DNA of 64,000 nucleotides. Source: Gemmatimonadales bacterium (lineage in GTDB: Bacteria; Gemmatimonadota; Gemmatimonadetes; Gemmatimonadales; GWC2-71-9). Positions within the stretch are counted from its first letter, which is position 1; every line of letters starts with the position of its first letter. The stretch spans positions 1-64,000 of the forward strand of contig JBFGJG010000002.1 of assembly GCA_041577295.1 (NCBI GenBank). The letters run 5' to 3'. The notes below the pieces were generated by a model, which worked only from the letters and a program-made list of their open reading frames with translations, searched no databases and had not been told where the DNA came from. Positions 21,511 through 30,759 of the stretch are shown here, piece by piece. A program made the translations under genes and the position numbers.

Positions 21511-22386
21511 ATGAGACATTGGTCAGAAAGTGGTAAGCGCTCGTCAGGAGCCGTCGCGGCGGCCTTGGCGCTCGCGTTGTTGAGTGCAGTCGATCCCGCC
21601 ACGCTGCCGGCGCAACAGCAGTCGCTGGCTACAGATGCGACGGCCGACTCGCTGATCGGACTGTGGATCGATTCCGTTGGCGGGATGGAGACCTACGAGC
21701 AGTTCCGGTCCGCCAAGTTCACGGTGACAACGATCCTGTACGACACCCTTTCCGGGCGGGTGAGACGCTCCCGCCCTCGATATGTCTGGGTCAAAAAGGG
21801 CCCACATGGAGAGGAGACCCGGATTGAACGGTGGGAGACAGGCGACATCATCCAACAGGGCTTCAACGGCCGGGATGATGCGTGGGCGGCGCTGGGTGGA
21901 AAACTCCTTCCCGATACGGCGAAAGATGCGCGCGAAGCGTTGTACGTATCCCGGGACGTGTTCTATTGGATGGGGCTGCCGTTCAAGCTGCGCGATCCCG
22001 GCGTCTATCTGTCCTACCTAGGGAAGATCGAGCGACCGGGTGCCACGTTCGTCGACGGTGAGAAGCCGGAGCGGTTAGCGCCAGACGGTCGCTATCACGC
22101 CGTCGGCGTGTCGTTTGGCGAGGGGGTGGGAGAACACTCCGACGTCTTTCGATACTATTTCGTGGAGGGGCGGGGGTTCCCCACCGAGGTGACCTACGTT
22201 GAAGAGGGCCGCACGAGCCTGAACCGACTCATCTGGGGCGAGACAAGACGCGCGGGCGAGCTGCGCTATCCCTATGTGGTGCGACGCGATTGGCTGACGC
22301 TTTCGGGCAAGCGCACAAAGGCGTTGGTCATTTCCGACGTGGTTATCAATCCGGAGATCCCGCAGAGCCGTTTCGAGCAGCCCTGA
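21511..22386 (+). CDS. Exported hypothetical protein
   Basis: Signal peptide; YWMGLPFKLRDPG; beta-rich. Confidence 0.7.
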   Translation: MRHWSESGKRSSGAVAAALALALLSAVDPATLPAQQQSLATDATADSLIGLWIDSVGGMETYEQFRSAKFTVTTILYDTLSGRVRRSRPRYVWVKKGPHGEETRIERWETGDIIQQGFNGRDDAWAALGGKLLPDTAKDAREALYVSRDVFYWMGLPFKLRDPGVYLSYLGKIERPGATFVDGEKPERLAPDGRYHAVGVSFGEGVGEHSDVFRYYFVEGRGFPTEVTYVEEGRTSLNRLIWGETRRAGELRYPYVVRRDWLTLSGKRTKALVISDVVINPEIPQSRFEQP

Positions 22387-22401
22387 GCGCTGTGGGAAGC
22401 G

Positions 22402-23484
22402 CTACCGCAGATACCGCTGAAGGCGTGGGCGTTCCTGCTCGGTGACGCACTCGGCCAACGCCCGACCGAAATCCCGCGCGTTTGCATAACGCTCCTCCGG
22501 CTCGGTTGCCAGTGACTTCATGAGAACCGCCTCGAGTTGTTCCGACAGATCCGGTTTCACGCGTCTGAGCGGAAGTGGTTTCCCGCGAAGGCGGGTCAGC
22601 ATCATCTCTTGGGGCGTGCGCCCGTCGAACGGAAGTCGCCCCGTGAACATCTCGAATGCGACGATCCCCAGTGCGTACACGTCGCTCCGCGCGTCCAGGT
22701 CGCGGCCACGGATCTGTTCAGGGCTCATGAACTCCGGCGTCCCGAGAATGATCCCGGTCGCGGTCAGCTTGGAGAGTACTGGATCCGCTTTGCTCTCCTT
22801 GGCAAGCCCGAAATCCATGATCACCGCCTGTTCTCTCCCGTCGCTCGAACGCACGATCATGATGTTTTCGGGTTTGAGGTCGCGATGAATGATGTTCAAT
22901 TGATGCGCGTGGTGGAGCCCGGCGCACGTCTGCACCATGAGGTCGAGCCCCACTTCCGGTGCGATGGGGCCTACGCGCTGCTCGCGATCCGCCAGCAGTT
23001 CGCCCTGGAGATAGGGCATCACCAGGTAGATGAGCCCCCCCTCCGTTTCACCGAAACGAAGGATGCGGCACACGTTGGGATGATCGAGCCGCATCGCCAG
23101 ACCGGCTTCACGACGGAGCCGCTCTACTGAGCTCTGGTCCCGACCCAGCTTTGGTATGAGCACCTTAATGGCGACGCTGTGCCCCCCGGTCACGTCCTTG
23201 GCCTCGTAGACGTAGGACATGCCACCCTCACCGAGCTTGCGCAGCACCCGGTATCGGCCTTCGAGCACCTGGCCCACGAGGGCAGCAGCTCCGCTCATTC
23301 GGGGTTCCGGACGCGGGATGGCCACCTTGCGGATCTCGGTCTGCTGAGAGGCGGGCGCCTTCGACGGTGGGCCGATGGGCGTACCGCCCGAGCCGGCGAC
23401 GTCGACCAGCGGACTGCCGTCCTTGGGACAGAACCGGGCTTCGCCCGCGTAAACGCTCTTACACCTGGGACAGCGGCGACTCAT
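22402..23484 (-). CDS. Hanks-type Ser/Thr protein kinase with N-terminal zinc-ribbon-like motif, cytoplasmic
   Basis: CPRC...CPKD; LGEGGM, VAIK, HRDLKPEN, DFG, GTPEFMSPE. Confidence 0.93.
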   Translation of the reverse strand: MSRRCPRCKSVYAGEARFCPKDGSPLVDVAGSGGTPIGPPSKAPASQQTEIRKVAIPRPEPRMSGAAALVGQVLEGRYRVLRKLGEGGMSYVYEAKDVTGGHSVAIKVLIPKLGRDQSSVERLRREAGLAMRLDHPNVCRILRFGETEGGLIYLVMPYLQGELLADREQRVGPIAPEVGLDLMVQTCAGLHHAHQLNIIHRDLKPENIMIVRSSDGREQAVIMDFGLAKESKADPVLSKLTATGIILGTPEFMSPEQIRGRDLDARSDVYALGIVAFEMFTGRLPFDGRTPQEMMLTRLRGKPLPLRRVKPDLSEQLEAVLMKSLATEPEERYANARDFGRALAECVTEQERPRLQRYLR

Positions 23485-24935
23485 GAACGCACCAGATTGC
23501 GGCCCTCATTCTTGGCTCGATACAACGCGGCATCGGCGACCGCGATCAAGTCCTCTGGGGAACCTACTTCCGAGGGCGGGATGCTCGCGACCCCAACGGA
23601 CACGGTGGCGTTCAGAGCCGGGTCGTCATCGGAGAAGTTGTGCTCCTGCACCTTCACACGGACACGCTCGGCGAACACGAGTGCGCCATCCTGACCAGTC
23701 TCAGGGAGGACGATCACGAATTCCTCGCCACCGTACCTCGCCACCACGTCCACCGTGCGCACTTCACGCCGTAGCAGCTCACCCAACTGCTTCAGCACCT
23801 TGTCTCCCGTGAGATGACCCATCGTGTCGTTGATCGTCTTGAACCGATCGACGTCGATGAGGAGAATACTGAGGGCCACATCGTATCGGTGGACCCGTCC
23901 CAACTCCGCCTCGAGCTTATCGATGAGCGCCCGGCGATTCACGCACCCGGTCAAGGCATCGATCGTCGCCAAGACTTGGTAGTGCTCTTTATCCGACTGC
24001 GCCGTCTGCAGCACGTAGGCCTTTTCCAGAGCGTTGACGGCCGTGTGAATGACACTCTCCGCGAACTCTAAATCGGACTTCGTGAGCGGCGGGTCCTTAT
24101 CGACGGTTCGGAGGAAAAAGACGCCGCTCTGCTCGTCGCGGAGTCGAAACGGTACAGCAATCACCGACCGAATCGGTACTGTGATTTGCTCATGGTGCCA
24201 CTGCTTTCTGATCTGCGCATACAGCGGGTCAGTGTGAATATCGCTGACGAGCACCGGGTGCTGTGTTTCGACGGCCTTGGTGATTTCGGGATAGCGCGAG
24301 AGCCGGATCTCGAGGTTGCGCACCATAGGATTCTCGGCCGTGACCACCACGGTGCCGTGTTGATCGCCGTGGTTTGCGAGTACGAGGGAGCAGCGCGAGA
24401 TCTTGAGGACGTTGGACACCCGTCGGGTGAGGATGTGGTAGATCTCTTCCGGCTGCAGTGCATCGGTGATCTCGTGCAGGATGTCCACCATCTCGGCACG
24501 CGCCGCTGCTTCGTCGGCGCGCTGCCGGGCCTCCTTCCGAGCGTCGTCGAGCATCCTCCCCTGCCGCAGCTGCACCGCGACGCGGGCGAGTAACTCTTTG
24601 ACGCGGAAAGGCTTGGCGACGAAATCCGAGGCCCCGAGCCCAAGTGACTTCACCGTGGCCTCCTCGGGTGGCATCGACGAGATCATCAGCACGGGAAGGT
24701 CTCGCCATCTCGCGTCCCGCTTGATCTGCGAGAGCAGTTGAAGCCCGTCCACCTTGGGCATCATGATGTCCAGCATGAGAAGGTCCGGCCGCTCGTTTTG
24801 CAGGTGGCGTAACAAATTCTCACCGCCACGCACAGGGATGACTTCGTACCCCTTGTCGCCGAGGATCCACGTGAGGGTGTGGAGGAGGGTTTCGTCGTCG
24901 TCAGCGACTAGAATCCGGGGTCGGGAAGTGGTCAT
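23481..24935 (-). CDS. Diguanylate cyclase (REC-GAF-GGDEF)
   Basis: ADDD/DIMMP/KP receiver; GAF; RTVD I-site and RYGGEEF. Confidence 0.93.
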   Translation of the reverse strand: MTTSRPRILVADDDETLLHTLTWILGDKGYEVIPVRGGENLLRHLQNERPDLLMLDIMMPKVDGLQLLSQIKRDARWRDLPVLMISSMPPEEATVKSLGLGASDFVAKPFRVKELLARVAVQLRQGRMLDDARKEARQRADEAAARAEMVDILHEITDALQPEEIYHILTRRVSNVLKISRCSLVLANHGDQHGTVVVTAENPMVRNLEIRLSRYPEITKAVETQHPVLVSDIHTDPLYAQIRKQWHHEQITVPIRSVIAVPFRLRDEQSGVFFLRTVDKDPPLTKSDLEFAESVIHTAVNALEKAYVLQTAQSDKEHYQVLATIDALTGCVNRRALIDKLEAELGRVHRYDVALSILLIDVDRFKTINDTMGHLTGDKVLKQLGELLRREVRTVDVVARYGGEEFVIVLPETGQDGALVFAERVRVKVQEHNFSDDDPALNATVSVGVASIPPSEVGSPEDLIAVADAALYRAKNEGRNLVRS

Positions 24936-24948
24936 CGACGCTCGAGGT

Positions 24949-25902
24949 TTAGGAGGCGCTCAGCTGCGCGATCTTCGCCGGGTCAATGTTGCCGCCACTG
25001 ACGATCAGCGCGGTAGGACCCTTCGGTCGAAAAGCACCACAACGGATGGCGGCAGTGGTGACGGCACCGGAGGGTTCGACGACCAAATCCAACTCGGAGT
25101 GGAGCCACTTTGTCGCCTCCACGATCGCGGCCTCGGAGACCGTCACCGCGTCGGCTCGACCCCGTAGATGCTGGAAGGTAATGGTGCCTACGGAAAGCGG
25201 AAGTAACCCGTCGGCAATGCTCGACGTCTCGTTGAACCGCACGGGATGACCGGCTGCGAGAGCGGCGCCGAGGGTGGCCGCACCCGCCGGTTCGACGGCC
25301 GTCAGTCGGGCCTCTGGCCTCCCAGTGGCGAGCGCCGTTGCGATGCCGGCTGCGAGGCCCCCCCCGCCAACAGGCACCGCCACGTGGGCGACCGTGGGCA
25401 AGTCCTCCAAAATCTCGAGGCCCACCGTTCCCTGGCCCGCGATGATGTCGGGGTGATCGTACGGGGGGATCACGGCGTAGCCCTCGGCGCCCGCCAGCTG
25501 GAGCGCCCGCTGGTAGCGGTGCTCAGACGTCGTGCCAGCAAACACGACTTCACCGTCCCAACGCTCTACACCTGCCACCTTTGTGCTCGGAGCCGTTTCG
25601 GGCATGACGACGACTGCTTTGATGCCGGTGCGATGTGCGGCATAGGCTACCGCTTGCCCATGATTACCACTCGAGTAGGTGATCACGCCCGCCATGCGGT
25701 GCTCGGGAGCGAGCCGTTGTATAGCAGTCCACGCCCCGCGAAGCTTGAACGCACCGGTGGGTTGCTGGTTCTCGAGCTTGAGGTACACGGGAACCCCGGC
25801 GTGCTCGGCCAGGGCCGTGACGGCCATGAGAGGCGTACGAACAGCAACGCCCGCGAGACCCCGTGCGGCCGCGCGGATATCCTCGAACGTGACGTCTTTC
25901 AG
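24949..25902 (-). CDS. Threonine/serine dehydratase family PLP enzyme
   Basis: FKLRGA, SSGNHG, PVGGGGL, EPSG, SGGN; the conserved N-terminus VTFEDIRAA...RTPL lies upstream of the ATG at 25827, implying a CTG start at 25902. Confidence 0.88.
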   Translation of the reverse strand: MKDVTFEDIRAAARGLAGVAVRTPLMAVTALAEHAGVPVYLKLENQQPTGAFKLRGAWTAIQRLAPEHRMAGVITYSSGNHGQAVAYAAHRTGIKAVVVMPETAPSTKVAGVERWDGEVVFAGTTSEHRYQRALQLAGAEGYAVIPPYDHPDIIAGQGTVGLEILEDLPTVAHVAVPVGGGGLAAGIATALATGRPEARLTAVEPAGAATLGAALAAGHPVRFNETSSIADGLLPLSVGTITFQHLRGRADAVTVSEAAIVEATKWLHSELDLVVEPSGAVTTAAIRCGAFRPKGPTALIVSGGNIDPAKIAQLSAS

Positions 25903-25913
25903 CGCTGATTCAG

Positions 25914-28415
25914 CTACTCTTCGCTCTCCCCATCCGGGGCACCGCCAGCGGGCGCCGTCGCCTCTTCGGCCTCCTCCGCGTCCTCTTCCTTCACTACTCG
26001 CGCCACATCCATCACGGAGTCACCGGGGTCCAAGTTCATGACCCGGACTCCCTGCGTATTCCGTCCACTGATCCGAATGCCCTCAACCGGAACTCGGATG
26101 ATCACGCCCTTCTTGGTGATCATCATCAGCTCGTCGTCCGGAAGCACTTCCTTTAGCGCGACCGAGTCGCCCGTCTTCTCCGTGCGTTTGAGCGTGATGA
26201 TCCCTTTGCCTCCACGCTTTTGCACCCGGTAATCGACCAGCTCCGACCGCTTCCCCATCCCTTTCTCACTCACCACGAGCAACGTCGCGTCACGCCGGAT
26301 GACGACCATGCCAATGACTCGATCGTCTTTCTCGAGTTGGATCCCCCGCACCCCCGTCGCGGCACGGCCCATGTCACGCACGTCCTTTTCGTGAAAGCGA
26401 ATGCTCATGCCGTAACGCGTGGCCAGCACGACGTCGTTGGTTCCGTCGGTCACCTGCACGTCGATCAGCTCATCGTCTTTATCGATGTTGATGGCGTTGA
26501 TGCCCGTGGCGCGCGGGTTTCCGTACGCGGAGAGCACCGTCTTCTTCACGGTTCCGTTCTTCGTCGCAAAAATGAGGTACTTGGAATCACTGAATTCGCG
26601 TACTGCGACGAAGGCGGTGATGCGCTCATCCGCCTTGATCTGTAGGAGGTTGATGATCGGCCGTCCTCTGGCCGCTCTCCCTCCCTGTGGGATGTCGTAA
26701 ACCTTGAGCCAGTACACTTGACCGTTTTGCGTGAAGAACAGGACGTAGTCATGGGTCGAGGCAACGAAGAGGTGCTCAACCCAGTCGTCCTCTCTGGTGC
26801 CCATTCCGTTCAGCCCGCGTCCGCCCCGCCGCTGTCGGCGATAGGTGGTTACCGGAATCCGCTTGATGTACCCGGCATGCGAGATCGTGATGACCATGTC
26901 CTCCTCCGCGATGAGATCTTCCACGGAGAAGTCACCCTCGTCGGCAACGATCTCGGTGCGGCGCGCATCGCCGAACTTCTTGACGATGTCATCGAGCTCA
27001 TCCTTGAGGATTTGCATGCGCATGGGCTTGGATCCCAGAATGGCCTTGAGATCTTTGATGAGCTTGCGCACCTCCGCGAGCTCCTCCTCGAGCTTGTCCA
27101 CCTCGAGGGCAGTGAGCCGGGCGAGGCGCATGTTGAGGATTGCTTCGCTCTGCTTCTCGGTGAGCTCAAACCGCTTCCGCAACGCAGCGTCGGCCGTGGG
27201 TACGTCCTTGGCCTTTCTGATGATCTCGATCACCTCATCGATGTTGTCGACGGCGATCTTGAGTCCCTCGAGGATGTGCTCTCTGGCCTGGGCTTGGTCG
27301 AGATCGAATTGCGTGCGACGCGTGATCACCTCGTGTCGATGATCGACGAAGTGCTGGAGGAGCTCGCGGAGGTTCATGACCTGCGGAATGCCATCGACCA
27401 GCGCCAACATGATCGCCCCGAAGGTCGCCTGCATCTGGGTGCCCTTGTAGAGCTGATTGAGCACCACCGTGGGATTGGCGTCACGCTTGAGCTCGATCAC
27501 GATCCGCATTCCGTCGCGATCGGATTCATCCCGCAGGTCGGAGATGTCGGAAACCTTCTTGGCTCGTACGAGCCCCGCGATCTGCTCGATCAACCGTGAC
27601 TTGTTGACCTGGAACGGGATCTCGGTCACCACGATCTGCGCTTTGCCGGTCGACTCCTTCTCTTCCACCTGGGCCCGGGCCCGCATCACGATCCTTCCGC
27701 GACCCTGCCGATAGCACTCGTTGATCCCGTCACGTCCGTAAATGAAGCCACCGGTCGGAAAGTCCGGTCCCTTGACGTGTTGCTGGAGCTCGTTGATCTC
27801 GGCTTCCGGGTGATCGATCAGGTGTTTCAACGCGGCCGCGACCTCACCGAGGTTGTGCGGTGGAACGTTGGTCGCCATGCCGACGGCAATTCCCGAGGAC
27901 CCGTTGATGAGCAGGTTGGGGAGCTTGGAGGGCAGTACAGTAGGTTCGTCGAGACGGCCATCGAAGTTGGGGACGAAACCCACCGTGTTCTTTTCGATGT
28001 CCTCCAACATCGCCACGGCCATCGGCGTGAGACGGGCCTCGGTGTAGCGATAAGCCGCCGCATTGTCCCCATCGACAGAGCCGAAGTTGCCCTGCCCATC
28101 CACCATGGGGTAGCGGAGCGAGAAGTCCTGCACCATGCGAACGAGCGAGTCGTATACCGCGGTATCGCCGTGCGGGTGATATTTGCCGAGCACCTCACCG
28201 ACGACGGTCGCGCTCTTCTTGTACGGACGACCGGGAACGAGACCCAACCCGTTCATTGCGTACAAGATTCGGCGGTGTACGGGCTTGAGTCCGTCTCGCA
28301 CGTCGGGTAGAGCGCGTTGGACAATGACGCTCATCGAGTAGTCGATGAACGATTCCCGCATTTCATCCTGAATGAGCCGGGGCAAAATGCGTTCGCGTTG
28401 ATTTGGTGCGGTCAT
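25914..28415 (-). CDS. gyrA: DNA gyrase subunit A
   Basis: [27 protein letters not shown] catalytic Tyr, QRRGGRG GyrA box. Confidence 0.98.
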   Translation of the reverse strand: MTAPNQRERILPRLIQDEMRESFIDYSMSVIVQRALPDVRDGLKPVHRRILYAMNGLGLVPGRPYKKSATVVGEVLGKYHPHGDTAVYDSLVRMVQDFSLRYPMVDGQGNFGSVDGDNAAAYRYTEARLTPMAVAMLEDIEKNTVGFVPNFDGRLDEPTVLPSKLPNLLINGSSGIAVGMATNVPPHNLGEVAAALKHLIDHPEAEINELQQHVKGPDFPTGGFIYGRDGINECYRQGRGRIVMRARAQVEEKESTGKAQIVVTEIPFQVNKSRLIEQIAGLVRAKKVSDISDLRDESDRDGMRIVIELKRDANPTVVLNQLYKGTQMQATFGAIMLALVDGIPQVMNLRELLQHFVDHRHEVITRRTQFDLDQAQAREHILEGLKIAVDNIDEVIEIIRKAKDVPTADAALRKRFELTEKQSEAILNMRLARLTALEVDKLEEELAEVRKLIKDLKAILGSKPMRMQILKDELDDIVKKFGDARRTEIVADEGDFSVEDLIAEEDMVITISHAGYIKRIPVTTYRRQRRGGRGLNGMGTREDDWVEHLFVASTHDYVLFFTQNGQVYWLKVYDIPQGGRAARGRPIINLLQIKADERITAFVAVREFSDSKYLIFATKNGTVKKTVLSAYGNPRATGINAINIDKDDELIDVQVTDGTNDVVLATRYGMSIRFHEKDVRDMGRAATGVRGIQLEKDDRVIGMVVIRRDATLLVVSEKGMGKRSELVDYRVQKRGGKGIITLKRTEKTGDSVALKEVLPDDELMMITKKGVIIRVPVEGIRISGRNTQGVRVMNLDPGDSVMDVARVVKEEDAEEAEEATAPAGGAPDGESEE

Positions 28416-28645
28416 AGTGGCCAATTGCTAGTGACTAAAGAAAAAGGGGGCCGGAAATCGACCCCTCACGAGGTCTGCTAAATATACCCGGTGCCGGGGC
28501 GAAAGGCAACGAGGCGGGAACTTCGTAGCTTGCTATCTGGCAATGAGTTAGGCTATAGTCGATCCCCGAGAATTCCCGCCGTCGCACCCCACCTCCTCCC
28601 TTACCGTTCTCTTACAGATTCGCTACAGGACCGGTACCGGTCTGC

Positions 28646-28674
28646 TGCAACTTTGCGCCCCCTTCGCGCGTCTA
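28646..28674 (+). promoter_or_regulatory. Putative ECF-type promoter of the small ORF
   Basis: TGCAACT-N15-GCGTCTA. Confidence 0.5.
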
Positions 28675-28718
28675 ACTATCAGAGCGTTGGACAAATCCGT
28701 TGTGGGAGGGGATGGACC

Positions 28719-28952
28719 ATGAACACAATAGGGATGACTTTCGATCAGGGACTCGCACCCTGCGGCTGCCTCGGAGCGCCGCGGACACGGGTGCGCACGA
28801 GGCTACTCACGACACCGGAAAGCAGCAGGGCCGTCGAGGATCCCAGCTATACGTTGCTGAACGAGCGCGGCGAGCCCGTGGGCATCATCCTCGCACCGGA
28901 GTGCCAACCGGTACTCGGAAAGTCTGCGCCGACGTTCTATCTGAAGAGGTGA
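28719..28952 (+). CDS. Small hypothetical protein (77 aa)
   Basis: GGAGGGG RBS, promoter-like motif upstream, fills the intergenic gap. Confidence 0.5.
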   Translation: MNTIGMTFDQGLAPCGCLGAPRTRVRTRLLTTPESSRAVEDPSYTLLNERGEPVGIILAPECQPVLGKSAPTFYLKR

Positions 28953-28959
28953 ACGACTG

Positions 28960-30759
28960 CTAGAAGGTCCACGCCACGCTAACGCTGAGCGTACGATAGC
29001 GGTACGTGCCAGCCTCCGAAGAAAAGACCTGCAGCCCCGTCGTTGACAACCCTCCCGATGCAGCCACCTCCCGACCTGGTGCGAAGCGATAGCTCACCAC
29101 GCCGCGGGCTCGGGCCGACGCGCTCGCATCCACGCCCGTGAGCGTTTGGAGTCCGGGTGCTGCCTCGATGAGGAACGTCCATCCCCGAAACTCACGCTGC
29201 CATCGTCCGGTGATCTCGGTGAGGGTGTACAACGACGGGTCGAAGTACCCATCGTTCAAGTTCTTTTGAAATCCAAAGGCCCGCCAGGAGGCACCGAACG
29301 TCCACGACCGGGTCACGCGTCGCGAGCCACCCACAGCACCGGCAATCCGTCGATTGGATTCGCTGCCGTCGAAGCCAGCCCGCGACACGCCGGCGGTCAC
29401 GCTCCACCCCGTCGCTGGCTCACCGCGCAGCGCCAGACTCACCTCGTGGTAGTCCACTCCTCGATCGGCGAGGAGTGCCGTCACGTCGAGCGCGCTCCTC
29501 GTGAACCGGAGGGTCCCACCCACCGGGTACCGTCCGGGTGACGCGGCCCACACAACGAACCGTCCAATCGCATCAGCGTTGGGCGCGTCGGAGTCGCTCG
29601 CACCGACCCCCAGGGCGCCCGACCAGCCCGGTTCGAACTGCGTCCAGAACTCCACGGTGCCACCGCGAGTGGTGCGTTCGAGCAGCGGTGCCTCGACCTG
29701 ATCGAGATCGCGGGTGTAGCCCTCGACCCGTACCTCCACTCGGGGCACCGGCCGGACCGCGGCGCGCGCGACAAACGTGGTTATCCGGTTCCCGTCGGAG
29801 TCTCCCTCCAACACCGAGGACACGCTCACGCGGGGAGCGGTGGCCGCCCGCGCCCATTGCAGTTGGGTCCGAAGATCCCGGTACGTCGGGTCCAGTCGCT
29901 CCGCCTGCTCTAACAGCTGCAGCGCCGCAGCCTCACGCCCCTGCCATCGCAGAGCCTGAGCGAGTCCCACCAGCGAGGGGACATCCTCGGGCGCAACCTC
30001 CAACGCTCGCCGCCACGTTCGCTCCCCTGCCAACAGCTTGCCACTCCAGGTGAGAGTCTGGGCGAGGCCGCGCCACCCGTCGAGGTCGGTTGGATCGCGG
30101 TCGACCATCGCCCGATACAGCGTCGCAGCCGAGTCGAGCTCGTTGGCCCACGACAAGATCCGCGCAAGGCCGAGTTGCGCCTCGCGGTCGTTGGGATCGG
30201 TCCGCAGGAGGCTGTCATACTCCGCCGTTGCCGCGTCGAACCGAGACGCCCACCCCAGCGTCCTCGCGCGGGCGTAGCGCGCGTTGCGGTCTTCGGGCGT
30301 GATCTCGAGCAACTGATCGTACGTTTGGATCGCGGATTCCAGCTCTCCCGCCCACGCGGCGAACTGTGCGCGCGCTTGCAAGGCTGGCACATAGGTGGGG
30401 CGTTGGGCCAGTAGCTCATCCAACAGCGTGATGGCGCGGGTGAGATCACCCCGCCAGGCAATCACACGGGCCCGATCGACGGCAGCCTCGGAGTTTTCCG
30501 GTGCGATGGCCAGGAGACGGTCGAACAGTGCGAGGCTCTCGGAGTATCGCTCGTTCCAGGCATGCATCAATGCCATGCGATGGAGCGCGCGTTGATCCGA
30601 TGAATCGGCTTCGAGGCGCCGGGTATACAGCCGCTCGGCGACGGCCACATCGCCACGGTCCCACGCGGCATCGGCCTCGTCCTGCGCAGTAGCGGGTTGC
30701 GAGAGCACCACCGCGAGCGTCAACCACACGGTGAGCGCCCGGACGGCGACGGGAGTCAT
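28960..30759 (-). CDS. TPR-repeat protein with C-terminal outer-membrane beta-barrel
   Basis: Signal peptide; repeated LA(R/Q).L.W TPR units; amphipathic strands, GYFDP, ends VSVAWTF. Confidence 0.82.
   Translation of the reverse strand: MTPVAVRALTVWLTLAVVLSQPATAQDEADAAWDRGDVAVAERLYTRRLEADSSDQRALHRMALMHAWNERYSESLALFDRLLAIAPENSEAAVDRARVIAWRGDLTRAITLLDELLAQRPTYVPALQARAQFAAWAGELESAIQTYDQLLEITPEDRNARYARARTLGWASRFDAATAEYDSLLRTDPNDREAQLGLARILSWANELDSAATLYRAMVDRDPTDLDGWRGLAQTLTWSGKLLAGERTWRRALEVAPEDVPSLVGLAQALRWQGREAAALQLLEQAERLDPTYRDLRTQLQWARAATAPRVSVSSVLEGDSDGNRITTFVARAAVRPVPRVEVRVEGYTRDLDQVEAPLLERTTRGGTVEFWTQFEPGWSGALGVGASDSDAPNADAIGRFVVWAASPGRYPVGGTLRFTRSALDVTALLADRGVDYHEVSLALRGEPATGWSVTAGVSRAGFDGSESNRRIAGAVGGSRRVTRSWTFGASWRAFGFQKNLNDGYFDPSLYTLTEITGRWQREFRGWTFLIEAAPGLQTLTGVDASASARARGVVSYRFAPGREVAASGGLSTTGLQVFSSEAGTYRYRTLSVSVAWTF

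Noticed and set aside
28105..28200. Quinolone-resistance substitution in GyrA (HGDTAVYD)
   Set aside because: Thr at the Ser83-equivalent position is a natural wild-type state in several bacteria
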